This document shows positions 1-12,368 of a DNA stretch of 64,000 nucleotides, piece after piece. Position 1 is the first letter of the stretch; every line of letters starts with the position of its first letter. The notes beneath the pieces are model-generated. The model was not told where the DNA came from. It was given only the letters and a program-made list of their open reading frames with translations, and did no database searches. The DNA is from Octopus sinensis. Its lineage: Eukaryota. The stretch is from NCBI RefSeq assembly GCF_006345805.1, contig NC_043020.1, positions 8,122,001 to 8,186,000 on the forward strand. Reading direction: 5' to 3'. Both the position numbers and the translations under genes were made by a program.

Positions 1-1281
1 ATCTATGTCTGTCCTTGTTTGTCCCCTGTGTTTAGCCCCTTGTGGGTAATAAAGAAATAGGTACCATTTGTGGTATAGTACCATTAATGGTATAGCGCCA
101 TTTATGTATTTGGTATGATGCAGTTGATACTCACACAAACACCCTAGAATCTACTCCCATCTCTTCCTGGGCCATTTGGTTTATCAGCATTGTTCCTTCT
201 GCTGCAGCTACAATAGCCTCGAGCTTCTCTAACTTGAACTAGCAAACTGTTTGCCCTCTTTGTCAGGCCCACCCAAGATAATCAAATTTCCTCTCATTAT
301 GTTTCATTGCCTTGGTATACATGCTGGCATGGATTGGATGGTTTGACCAGGGCTTACGGCATGGTTTTCTATGGCTGGGTGCCCTTCCTAATGCCAACCA
401 GTTTGAGAGTGTTATGGGTGGTTTTACATGCCACCAGCACAGGTACCTTTTTGCATGACACCGGTATCTGCTATGACTGTGATTTTGCACAGCTTGAGGG
501 GTCTTCTTCTCAAGCACAACATAATGCCAAAGGTCTGGGCCGTTGCTTCTGTGGGGCCCAACACTCGAAAGGTGCTCAACCACTTTGCCTCCGTGAGGTC
601 CAATGCTCAAAAAGTGATTTTTATGTGCCAAAAATTGGATGTTACAACGTGGAGGGGGAGGGTATCTTTTTATTACTGACAATGTGCCTTGAAACGAATT
701 CAAGCTGTAAGCAGAAGCTTCCAATACATTGGTTTGATAAACACCTGAATGTTAAAAACAAGGTCATTTATTTATTTTTACATTCGTGGAAGGACTTTTA
801 TCTTTTTTCTTTTTCCATATCTACCCTAGTGTATCATAAACTGTTATTTGAAACTGTAATTCAATTCAAGAGACATCATTAATAAATTTTAAAATAAAAT
901 ATATATTTTTCTACAAATTATCTGCAATCAAAGTCAGTCGGATATTTGTGTTAATCATTCTCTACAAAACCAATTAAAAATATTCTTTTTATTACATCAT
1001 GCTCACCACAGCATCACTCTTTTCAGTTTTTCTCCCTAGCTCTAAAACATGATGAATCAGGATTAGGAGATAAGAGAAATAAAATTTTAAAAACCTAATT
1101 TTAAGTAAACTTACATTTCTTCTCTAAAACTTTTCAAGTGTTATCTATTTAGTTATTGTATTTATTCTTTGAGTTTCAACTTTGGTCTGAATTTAAATCA
1201 TTATTGTTTTATATTACCATTTTTAAGTTTGTATATTCATTATAGTTTTTAGTATAAAAATGGCAATCAATAAAAGTAATA

Positions 1282-1334
<53 letters not shown>

Positions 1335-2478
1335 TATACATATATATTATATTCTTGATCGGCATTTTTCAGATGATTAAGGTCCCTGTTAGTGTATATA
1401 TTTGCATTTATGTGCATTGACTACACCATTAGAGCATCATTTTAGCTCTTATTTTTAGCAATGACGGTGTTCCTAATACCCTAATCACATATCAGTAACA
1501 GATATAATTCTCCTTTTTGCTAAAATATTGCAAACTGCTATTTATATTAATTTCATGTTTGTGTGTGTGTAAGTATAAATGTACTAATATTTGTTTTTTT
1601 AAGCGCTGGAATGTATATTGAACAATACAAATTAGATGATATTTTTTCAAATGCAGAATTGCCATTAGAACAGCAGAAATACTGGCTGAATTACCCTTAC
1701 AAAGCTGGTTGTTGACAATTTTTTCTATGTTGTAAGGGTAATTTTCCCAGCATTTCTGCTGTTCTAATGGCAATTCTGCATTTAAAAAAGTATCATCTAC
1801 TTTGTATTGTTTAATATATATATAATGTGTGTGTGTATGTGTGACTGTATAGTAAGAAGCTTGCTTGCCCACCACATGGTTCTAGGTTCAGGCCCCACTG
1901 GGTGTTCTCTGCTAAAGCCTTGTCTGAAACTAATCCTTGTGAGTGGAATTGATAAACTGAAAGAAGCCCATTGTGTGTGTGTGTGTGTGTGTGTTTGTCA
2001 TCCATCACAACTTGACAACTGATGTCAGTTTGTTTATGTCCCTGTAAAAGAGACTGAACGAGTAAGTATCAAGCTTTCAAAAAATTAAGTATTGAGGTTG
2101 ATTCATTCAACTGAAATTCCTCAAGGCTGTGTCCCAGCATGGCTACACTCTAATGACAAACAAACAAAAGATAAAGGATGTGTGTGTGTGTGTTGTAAAT
2201 CCCTACAAGATAAAAAAAAAACAGCATGAAACAGTATTTAGTTCCATCTATTTATGTTTGCAGTTCAACTTCTTTCACTCAAAGCTTTTCACCTTTCATG
2301 GCTTTGATAGAATCAAGGCCTACTCAAATGATGGAATAGAATAAACTTGATTGAATCATCAGCCTCTGCCTAAACTAAAACTAAATGAAAGTGTGTATAT
2401 GTGGGTTTATGCCTATGTAAAATAGATCTTGTTTTCCTCTCGTGGTACCCGTAATTGTTTTCTGCTTATTTTTTTCAG

Positions 2479-2580
2479 GTACTATATGTGCCTGGCCCTG
2501 ATTATGACGTAATCAATAACACTTTGGAACCCTCTAGTCCAACTGCAATAAACATTCCTGAAAATGATTCACCAAAATTG
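2479..2580 (+). CDS. OXR1: OXR1/NCOA7-family gene, internal exon (end of LysM domain, VLYVPGPDYD...SPKL), phase 0-0
   Basis: tttttcag acceptor and gtaagt donor at 2581. 102 nt, open. VLYVP matches the GQVLYVPD motif that ends the OXR1/NCOA7 LysM domain. Confidence 0.85.
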
Positions 2581-2766
2581 GTAAGTTCTTTCTCTGTTTT
2601 GGGGTTGCCTCCTAAAAAGTCGGTCAGTCAGTCAGTCGATGGTCGGTCGAGAATTCAGCCACTCCCTCCTCATCAGATGTCATCGTTTCTGAGAGAAGAG
2701 AAACCCATGCTTTATACTTGTGAAATGATATGTTTATAACATATGGCGTGGGTTATATATATGTAT

Positions 2767-2806
<40 letters not shown>

Positions 2807-2848
2807 ATGAATGGTGTGAAATTACAAAACTGAATGAAAATAATACTA

Positions 2849-2894
<46 letters not shown>

Positions 2895-2949
2895 CATACA
2901 TTTATAGATATATACATACATTTATAGATATATATATACATATACATAC

Positions 2950-2997
<48 letters not shown>

Positions 2998-3730
2998 GTC
3001 TTGTTTGTATTTCACTTGCAAAAATTCTTGATGTAAACTTTCATTTTAAAACTTGATCCTCTCAAGATACAAAATATATATATGTGTGTGTGTGTGTGTG
3101 TATAGGAGGGGTGTGTGTATGTATTGTATATGTTATGCCATCATCATCATTTATATATATATATACATACATACATACATACACATATGTATTAGCTTGT
3201 TCACTACACAACTGTGACTGTGTTAAGAAGCTGACTTCCTAACCATGTGGTCCCAGATTCGATCCCCCTGCACAGTACCTAGGGTAAGTGACCTCAACTA
3301 TAACTCCATGCCAACAAAATCTTTGTGAGTGGATGTAGGTGTGAATGTGTTTGTGTGTCGTTTTGTCTTGACATCACATGATTGTTGTAAACAAGAGTCA
3401 CCCACATACAAGTGGCGTTGTTCATTGAAAAACATGTCCAGCTCTTGGGAAATATTAGTTTGCCTGGAATCAGATGAGGTTTGATGACAAGAAGGGGGGG
3501 CATCAGGATGGGCAAGATCTGTCCCAACAAATTCCATTTGACCCTTGCAAGCATAGAAAAGTGGACTTTAAACTGATGATGATCGTATATGTTATATATG
3601 TTGCCATCGTATATTTATACACACAGTACACACACACATATAGTAAAATAAGGATACAGACAGAATCATGTACTTAGAAAGATATACACCAGGTAGGGTT
3701 GGATAAATCTGTAAATTGACAATTATCCAT

Positions 3731-4124
3731 AGGCGCAGGAGTGGCTGTGTGGTAAGTAGCTTGCTAACCAACCACATGGTTCCGGGTTCAGTCCCACTGC
3801 GTGGCATCTTGGACAAGTGTCTTCTACTATAGCCCCGGGCCGACCAAAGCCTTGTGAGTGGATTTGGTAGACGGAAACTGAAAGAAGCCTGTCGTATATA
3901 TGTATATATATATATGTGTGTGTGTGTGTTTGTCTCCCTAGCATTGCTTGACAACCGATGCTGGTGTGTTTACGTCCCCGTCACTTAGCGGTTCGGCAAA
4001 AGAGACCAATAGAATAAGTACTGGGCTTACAAAGAATAAGTCCCGGAGTCGATTTGCTCGACTAAAGGCGGTGCTCCAGCATGGCCGCAGTCAAATGACT
4101 GAAACAAGTAAAGAGTAAAGAGAG
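3731..4124 (+). mobile_element. tRNA-derived SINE family A (young, about 400 bp, CORE-like central box, AAAAGAGT-type tail)
   Basis: A box TGGCTGTGTGG, B-box-like GGTTCAGTCCC, central TCTTGGACAAGTG box (CCTTGGGCAAGTG in most copies). At least 14 similar copies in the window. Confidence 0.9.
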
Positions 4125-4163
4125 TCTGTTATTATTCATTTGATTATATATATATGTATGTAC

Positions 4164-4395
4164 AAGGCGGCGAGCTGGCAGAATCGTTAGCGCGCCGGGT
4201 GTAGTGCTTAGCCGTATTTCGTCTGCCTTGACGTTCTGAGTTCAAATTCCGCAGAGGTCGACTTTGCCTTTCATCCTTTCGGGGTCGATAAATAAAGTAC
4301 CAGTTTCGCACTGGGGTCAATGTAATCGACTTAATCCATTTGTCTGTCCTTGTTTGTCCCCTCTGTGTTTAGCCCCTTGTGGGCAATAAAGAAAT
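4164..4395 (+). mobile_element. SINE family B (about 230 bp, GGCGGCGAGCTGGCAGAA head, B box GAGTTCAAATTCC, TAAAGAAATA tail)
   Basis: Near-identical copies elsewhere in the window, including a 3' end at 1-59. Confidence 0.88.
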
Positions 4396-4571
4396 ATATA
4401 TATATATATATATGTATGTATTATGTATATACGATGGGGTGCTGAAATGTTCCTGGCCTGAAGGGTATCACAAAAGGCCTGGTTGGGGGCCCAACCGTCT
4501 GAGTTCTTTTACTAGGCCTAAAAAAACTGAAGGACCACTGCAAAAAGTGTGTGAATCTGAGAGGAAAATAT

Positions 4572-4945
4572 ACTCTTTACTCTCTTACTTGTTCCAGTCA
4601 TTTGACTGCGGCCATGCTGGAGCACCACCTTTAGTCGAGCAAATCGACCCCGGGACTTATTCTTTGTAAGCCCAGTACTTATTCTATCGGTCTGTTTTGC
4701 CGAACCGCTAAGTGACGGGGACGTAAACACACCAGCATCGTTTGTCAAGCAATGCTAGGGGGACAAACACACATATATACGATAGGCTTCTTTTAGTTTC
4801 CGTCTACCAAATCCACTCACAAGGCTTTGGTCAGCCCGAGGCTATAGCAGAAAACACTTGCCCAAGATGCCACGCAGTGGGACTGAACCCAGAACCATGT
4901 AGTTGGTTAGCAAGCTACTTACCACACAGCCACTCCTGCACCTAT
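4572..4945 (-). mobile_element. SINE family A
   Basis: Reverse complement of the 3731-4124 element. Confidence 0.9.
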
Positions 4946-5402
4946 GTTGAATAAATTTATAATTAATTGATCATCCTGTGTTTACGCTTACCCCAAAGCC
5001 AGGAACTTTTTAGCACCCCTCATATATGTTTATGTATGATGGCCTTCCTATATAGTTGGTGGGGTGGCATCGACCAGTGGCGTAAAATGGCATCTGATAG
5101 TCTGGTTGATACAGTAATGTGTGTGTGTATAGGCATTCCTACACAAGTGTGCCCCACCCTCCAACTTTCTTTTCTCATAATTTGCAGAAAAATGGATATT
5201 TTTTTTAATGATGTACATTCTGATTATTTCGGAATTTGCTGTGAAAAAATTTTTTCTGGGGTGGTGGGGGAAAGAGATGATTCAGAAAATTCACACGAGT
5301 TGGCATTGTTTCCTCATATCTTTCAGAAAAAATGAGCGTTTTATTTTCTTTTGTAAATACCTTTCTGAGTGTATAATTACGATTATATTGGAATTTGATG
5401 TG

Positions 5403-5804
5403 GGAGTGGCTGTGTGGTAAGTAGCTTGCTTACAAACCGTATGGTTCCGGGTTCAGTCCCACTGCGTGGCACCTTGGGCAAGTGTCTTCTACTATAGCCT
5501 CGGGCCGACCAATGCCTTGTGAGTGGATTTGGTAGACGGAAACTGAAAGAAGCCTGTCGTATATATGTATATATATATGTGTGTATGTGTGTGTATGTCT
5601 GTGTTTGTCCCTCTAGCATCGCTTGACAACCGATGCTGGTGTGTTTACGTCCCCGTAACTTAGCGGTTCGGCAAAAGCGACCGATAGAATAAGTACTAGG
5701 CTTACAAAAAGAATAAGTCCTGGGGTCGATTTGCTCGACTAAAAGGTGGTGCTCCAGCATGGCCACAGTCAAATGACTGAAACAAGTAAAAGAGTAAAAG
5801 AGTA
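5403..5804 (+). mobile_element. SINE family A
   Basis: Same head, core and tail. Confidence 0.9.
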
Positions 5805-5925
5805 ACGAATGCACAAACATGAATAATGACACACATTACACTTTTGTTTCGGAATTTTTCAAGTTTCATCTTGAAGAAGACGTTTGTAATGTGTCCCAGC
5901 ATGTATGTGTAAGTTCACCATATAT

Positions 5926-6338
5926 TCTCTTTCTTTCTCTTTTACTTGTTTCAGTCATTTGACTGCGGCCATGCTGGAGCACCGCCTTTAGTCGAGCAAA
6001 TCGACCCCGGGACTTATTCTTTGTAAGCCTAGTACTTATTTTATTGGTGTCTCTTTTGCCAAACCGCTAAGTTACAGGGATGTAAACACACCAGCATCGG
6101 TCGTCAAGCAATGCTAGGGGGACAAACACAGACACACAAACACATATATATATATATATACATACATATATACGACAGGCTTCTTTCAGTTTCTGTCTAC
6201 CAAATCCACTCACAAGGCATTGGTCGGCCCGGGGCTATAGCAGAAGACACTTGCCCAAGATGCCACGCAGTGGGACTGAACCCGGAACCATGTGGTTGGT
6301 TAGCAAGCTACTTACCACACAGCCACTCCTGCGCCTAT
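5926..6338 (-). mobile_element. SINE family A
   Basis: Full-length reverse copy. Confidence 0.9.
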
Positions 6339-6669
6339 TTCTTTTCTTTTTTTTCTTTTTAACTTATTAAATTCCTTTATAATCGTAAGGTATTTGTAGA
6401 AAATTTCAACCAGAATACCTATTTTTTCTGAAAGTTACGAGGAAACTAAGCTGGCGCATGTGAATCTTCCGAAACGCTTATCCCCAACCATGGAAAAACT
6501 ATTCACCCACAAATTCTGATAAAATCTGAATCTATATTATCTGAAGCGTAGTTGTTAAAAGTTTCATTGAAAAATATCCATTTTTCTAGAACTTATGAAG
6601 CAACGATGTCGGAGTAGGGAGCACGTTTGTGTAGGTGTGCTTATATATTAGATGTGTCCGTGTGCACGC

Positions 6670-6720
<51 letters not shown>

Positions 6721-7001
6721 ATATTAGAAGAAATGAGGTAATCAGAAGATCGGATGGTTCATATTTACAGATATTTATTTATATTTACATTTTTTACATA
6801 TATATATATATATCATATCATTCAGATCATATGCTACGCCTACCGTGTGCCCTCGATGATATGATCTGAATATAGATATATATGTAAAAAATGTAATATA
6901 TAAATAAATATCTGTAAATATGAACCATCCGATCTTCTGATTACCTCATTTCTTCTAATATATAATACCTGTACATCATCTCCAAACCTTCCAATATATA
7001 T

Positions 7002-7044
<43 letters not shown>

Positions 7045-7135
7045 ATTATATATATATATATGTATGTGTATATATATATATATATCGTGTATATATATAT
7101 ATATGTGTAAATATAATATATATATATATATATAG

Positions 7136-7176
<41 letters not shown>

Positions 7177-7187
7177 GTGTGTGTGTG

Positions 7188-7218
<31 letters not shown>

Positions 7219-7458
7219 ATATATATATTAATTTGTAGAAAACATAAATCCGGAGAAGAAGCGCACTCTAAGATGTAGAGCAGTATATATTAAAAACAGG
7301 GAAGGCTGGTTTAGGGGATTACTGCGGGTTTCCCATCCTCGCTGCAATTGTTTTTGTTTCAGCACACGATCTTAGATCAAATCACTTGCTATGCAAGTAC
7401 ATCTCCGTAATATATATATATAGGTAGCCGTTCGATTCACTTCAACATTTAAGTTTAA

Positions 7459-7508
7459 TTTGTCAAAATATTTTCGTCGCTAAAATCCGCGACCTGTTCA
7501 CTGACAAA
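7459..7508 (-). ncRNA. Hammerhead-like motif with G3-C8 swapped core
   Basis: Minus strand TTTGTCA-GTGAACA-G-GTCGC/GGATTTTA/GCGAC-GAA-AATATT-T-TGACAAA. Confidence 0.55.
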
Positions 7509-7564
7509 AATCTGTGCTATAGCATAATAGGCATGCTTGCTTCAGATACACACGCACGCACCTA

Positions 7565-7855
7565 CTCAGCTCACGATCATAAAGTCACAAGTTCGATCCC
7601 AGGCGGTACTTTGTATCCCTTGAGCAAGACACTTTATATTACGTTGGTCCAGTTCTCTGAACTGGCCAAAGTGAGTCGTTCCGGTGCCCCGCTGAATCTC
7701 CCCGAGAACTACGGTTAAGGGTGCGCGCGTGTGTGTGTGTCTGTGGGGTGGGGTGGTCAGTCATTTGGACGTTAATTCCACGAGCAGGGGCTGTTCCGTT
7801 GATCCGATCAAATGGAACCTCGGTCGTCGTCGTCGTAAACCGACGGAATGCCAGT
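7565..7855 (+). mobile_element. Diverged mosaic SINE: family-E-like core joined to a family-C-like tail
   Basis: CCTTGAGCAAGACACTTTAT followed by GCTGAATCTCCCCGAGAACTAC...CCGACGG. Confidence 0.6.
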
Positions 7856-8406
7856 AATGTTTACGTAATGACTCCCAGTTTTCTCCCTTGACCGCGACGC
7901 TCTCCAGTCGCCAGTAGCGAACCATGGTAAGTCGTTTCTCATTCGGAAGTCTTTACACGGTATGTTTGGCATGCTAGAAATAGCAACTAAATTGCACTAT
8001 AAGCACAATCCCGCAGCGTTTAAAAGCGAAGGGACACCCTTTGGACACTTTAGTCCTACTTGTATGAAATGGTAAGGAGGTCGTGGCTGACAGCTGTCCC
8101 GCGGTCAAATAATCATAACAAAAATAAACAAGTTGTCGAGGTTACGGAGTCTTTTTGCACGGATGAGTGACTGGCTGAAAACAATGGCCAATCTTTTGAA
8201 TATCACACCTTGCCGTTTTAAAAGTAATAGGAAAGAACACACCAGAAAATGCCATAAAGGCATGTTTGTATAAACACCGTGGTCACGGTCGAATAGTCGC
8301 TGAACACCTTTTCAGGATAGTTTGTGTGTGTGTATATATATATACATATGTATATATATATACATATATATATATATATACATACATATATATTACATAC
8401 ATATTA

Positions 8407-8450
<44 letters not shown>

Positions 8451-8523
8451 TATTATATTACTCTACCACTGGTATTTGAGTACTCTTTTTTCCACCTTGT
8501 TTCACATTTATGTGTTACTCCGG

Positions 8524-8564
<41 letters not shown>

Positions 8565-8579
8565 CATATATATACATAC

Positions 8580-8624
<45 letters not shown>

Positions 8625-9127
8625 ATATATATATACATACACACATACATACATACATACATATATATATATATATATGAATTGACAGAATGAGGTAAAA
8701 ATCCAAGGCTGTACAGAGTTTTCAGAACATTTATAAAGAAAAAGGTCTTACAGCTGTTTCCGGGATATTTTATACATCCTTTCTTTATAAATGTTCTGAG
8801 AACTATTCACAGCCTTGGATTTATTTTATCTCATTTTGTCAATTTATATATACATGCTAATACATGACCCACGTTGGACTCCTCGTTCGTATCATTATCG
8901 AATCTGGAGCTTAACCACGGTCTATCCATAGCAATCACTTAGCATTTACCTTGATACCTTTCAGGTATTCTTAACACCAGTACCTCTCACTCTCATACCC
9001 TCCATCTCTCTCTCACTATATATATAAATATATATATATATTCACACATATACATACATACATATATTCTTCGCCTATATTGCATAATAGACATACTTGC
9101 TTCAGATACACACACACACACACACAC

Positions 9128-9171
<44 letters not shown>

Positions 9172-10781
9172 GGTAAGAAGGTCATGGCTGACAGCTGTCC
9201 TACGGTCAAATCATCATAACAAAAATAAACAAGTTAATGTATGTATGTATGTATATATATATATATATATATATCTTAAAATTGTATGATAGATTGCCGT
9301 CAATTCATTCTCTCTTACCTGTTTGTGTCTGCCTTCCAATTGCTGTTTTTACTGAGATCTCCCTTTTTAGTAGAAGAAATAGCTATAACTCTTTGACTGC
9401 TATTTCTAAATTCGGTATGTGGTAAGGCAATTCGTTGCTAAACCCTTTATTGCTTAGTATAAATATATATATATATAAATACATACATACATATACACAC
9501 GCGCGCGCGTAATATATATATAACTTGATAATATAAACTCAATATATATATATATAATATATATTCACACACAAATTGAACTAGCGAAGGAGTCCGTAAG
9601 CGGTTGTTCAGTGTGTTAGAAATAGCAGCCAAATTTCCCCTGAATCAACTCCAAACTACCGCATAAAAAAGCGGGTAAGATATCGTTTTAAATACTCCTA
9701 AAAACACGGAAATTGTTACCGTTGGATTTTCCTTCATTATAGTTCTGTTCAGTTACGGTTGACTGGGTCTAAACATCAACAACAATAACAAGAGAGCGTC
9801 TATGTGGTCGTCCGACCTGCTAGAAATACCAACCGGATCTTCCGTTCTGTCTTAAATCCTAGATACACTATTTCAAAGAGAAACAAAAAAAGGGGTGGGT
9901 GGGGAAACCAACGGGGTGGTCAAACTTGGCAAATATTTGATAACAGGGTCTACACAATGGTAGTCGACTGGGGGTTAAGCGACAACTGAAGGTACCGTAT
10001 TTGGCATAGATTATGCATTTTTTTACTAGACAAAAAAATCACCTTGGGTCCTGTATGAAAACAAGGGCCTCCCATCAACTAATTGTATCCCTAACTAAGA
10101 GTTACTAATTTAGGCTAATCCAGAGTCTCTTCTACCAAACCTGACTAATAAGGATAATAATAATAATATTTACTGAATGTTACTACTATTACTTATACTG
10201 TAAAAGGAATTATCGGACCAGCTTTAAATATTGTGTTTTAATGCACCCAAAAACTCTCTATTGTATATGCGCTGCTGGAATTGGGGTGTGTCTAATTCAA
10301 GGTTGCCATATGTTTGTATTTTCTGTGACGTCCTAAATTTAGGTGTCAAAAATTGTGTCCAGGAAGCATTTTTTTAAATATCCGGAATTTCAGTTTCCGT
10401 CACTTAAAAATTTATGTGCATTTCAAGTGCATTCTTTCCTATTATTCCTAAATAATAAAGTGTGGTTTTGTGGGGCGTAGGCTATCAGGTGTTGTCACAC
10501 ATCACTGGTGATAATAAGTTTTTGCGTTGCTTTTCGCCTTTAAATGACGCCATCCCGCTGGCTAGGCGAGCAGGCGGCCAACATTCACCGCTAATCGAAA
10601 GCGGGTGTGGAGCAACGTGAAATGAAGTGTTTTGTTCAAGAAAACAACACACCGAACTGAACCCAAGGTCTAGTGATCGTGAATGCATCAGCCTAACCAC
10701 TTGGCCACGCACTTCCACAATATACCCTCACATCATGAAATATGGCAGTTTGTCACAAAGCTTCACACATTCAGTGCCTAT

Positions 10782-11019
10782 CTCTTTACTCTCTCTCTCT
10801 CTCTTTTACTTGTTTCAGTCATTTGACTGCGGCCATGCTGAAGCACCGCCTTTAATCGAGCAAATCGACCCCAGGACTTATTCTTTTGTAAGCCCAGTAC
10901 TTATTTTATAGGTCTCTTTTGCCGAACCGCTAAGTAACGGGGACATAAACACACCAGCATCGGTTGTCAAGCAATGCTAGGGGGACAAACACACACACAC
11001 AACACATACACACCATACA

Positions 11020-11066
<47 letters not shown>

Positions 11067-11240
11067 TACATACGATACGACAGGCTTCTTTCAGTTTCCG
11101 TCTACCAAATCCACTCACAAGACTTTGGTCGGCCCGAGGCTATAGTAGAAGACACTTACCCAAGGTGCCACGCAGTGGGACTGAACCCGGAACCATGTGG
11201 TTGGTAAACAAGCTACTTACCACACAGCCACTCCTGCGCT
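10782..11240 (-). mobile_element. SINE family A
   Basis: Full-length reverse copy with an expanded internal TA tract. Confidence 0.9.
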
Positions 11241-12024
11241 TAGATTAAACCCCAGAGTATATTAAACAAAATGTTAAACATCTTGCCACTGGATAGGGTG
11301 CTAATTCCTCACAAATAGATTTTACTCCTGCAGGAAAAATTACACTCTGTGAATATGTTAGGGGTGGCGAACTTTTTTTAAAAGAACCAGCGGGTGGATT
11401 GAATTATAAAAACCCATGAGGTCACATCTGAGCTGAGAAAATATAGTTAATTAGTGTTTTGGTTTTAATTATGGGTGTTTTTAGAGATTTTCTTAGTAGG
11501 GAGTGGGGTTAAATTTCACTTATACAAACTGAATTCTGTGTCTCTCTGCAGCCACTCAACCTGCTTGAAATAGCAGTAAAAATTTTTCATATACCACATT
11601 GTGTACAGCCTTGTCAAAAAGGGTACATGGGAGTGTGTAGCTAAGTATGTGTGTAATGTGGAGTGTAGTTAAGTATGAGTGTGTATTAGAGTGTAGCTAA
11701 ATATGAGTGTGTGCAGTGGAGTGTTGTTTGGTGTGAATGTGGTGTGAAATGTATTTAAGAATGAGTTTGGAGTGGAGTGCATTTAACTATAAGTGTGAAG
11801 TAGAGTGTAGCTAAATATAATAATAAGTAGAGTGTAGCTAAATATAATAGCCAACACTACACCTGATTTTCTCCCCTCCATACACACACAAGCATGTATC
11901 TGATTCATACACTGTTCGCTTTCCAGACATTTTTACATTACTGCATATACTTTATATGCACTTTTGACAAGTTGTGGTGCACCTGAGAACTGTATACAAT
12001 AATTTCATTAACGATGATGATGAA

Positions 12025-12368
12025 TAATGAAATTATTGTATACAGTTCTCAGGTGCACCACAACTTGTCAGAAAGTGCGTATAAAGTACATGCAGTAATG
12101 TAAAAATGTCTGGAAAGCGAACAATGTATGAATCAGATACATGCTTGTGTGTGTATGGAGGGGAGAAAATCAGGTGTAGTGTTGGCAAATCTCAGGAAGC
12201 ATGGAAGTTTTGAAGGATGCAGTGCTCCGACAACTAACAACTGATGCCGGCAGTTTGTTCCATGCTTCAGCAACTCTCAGCGTGAAAAAATGTTTCCTAA
12301 AGTCATGGGAGCTGTGCTGTTTTCTGACTTTGTAAACATGTCCACGGGTGTTAGACGGGTGGAGTTTG
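12025..12368 (-). mobile_element. CR1-type LINE 3' end
   Basis: Same family as 57850-58110. Encodes the HSSHDFRKHFFTLRVAEAWNKLP-type C-terminus on the minus strand. Confidence 0.8.

Noticed and set aside
263-882. 191-aa and 153-aa overlapping ORFs
   Set aside because: They begin in a family D repeat, show no recognisable domain and have no convincing splice context.
2581-2739. ORF continuing past the exon donor
   Set aside because: There is a strong gtaagt donor at 2581. The read-through peptide has no family similarity and ends in a stop.
3731-3810. tRNA gene calls for SINE heads (families A, C, E and 20346-20418)
   Set aside because: They have A and B boxes but no complete cloverleaf or acceptor stem, and they continue into SINE or PLE bodies.
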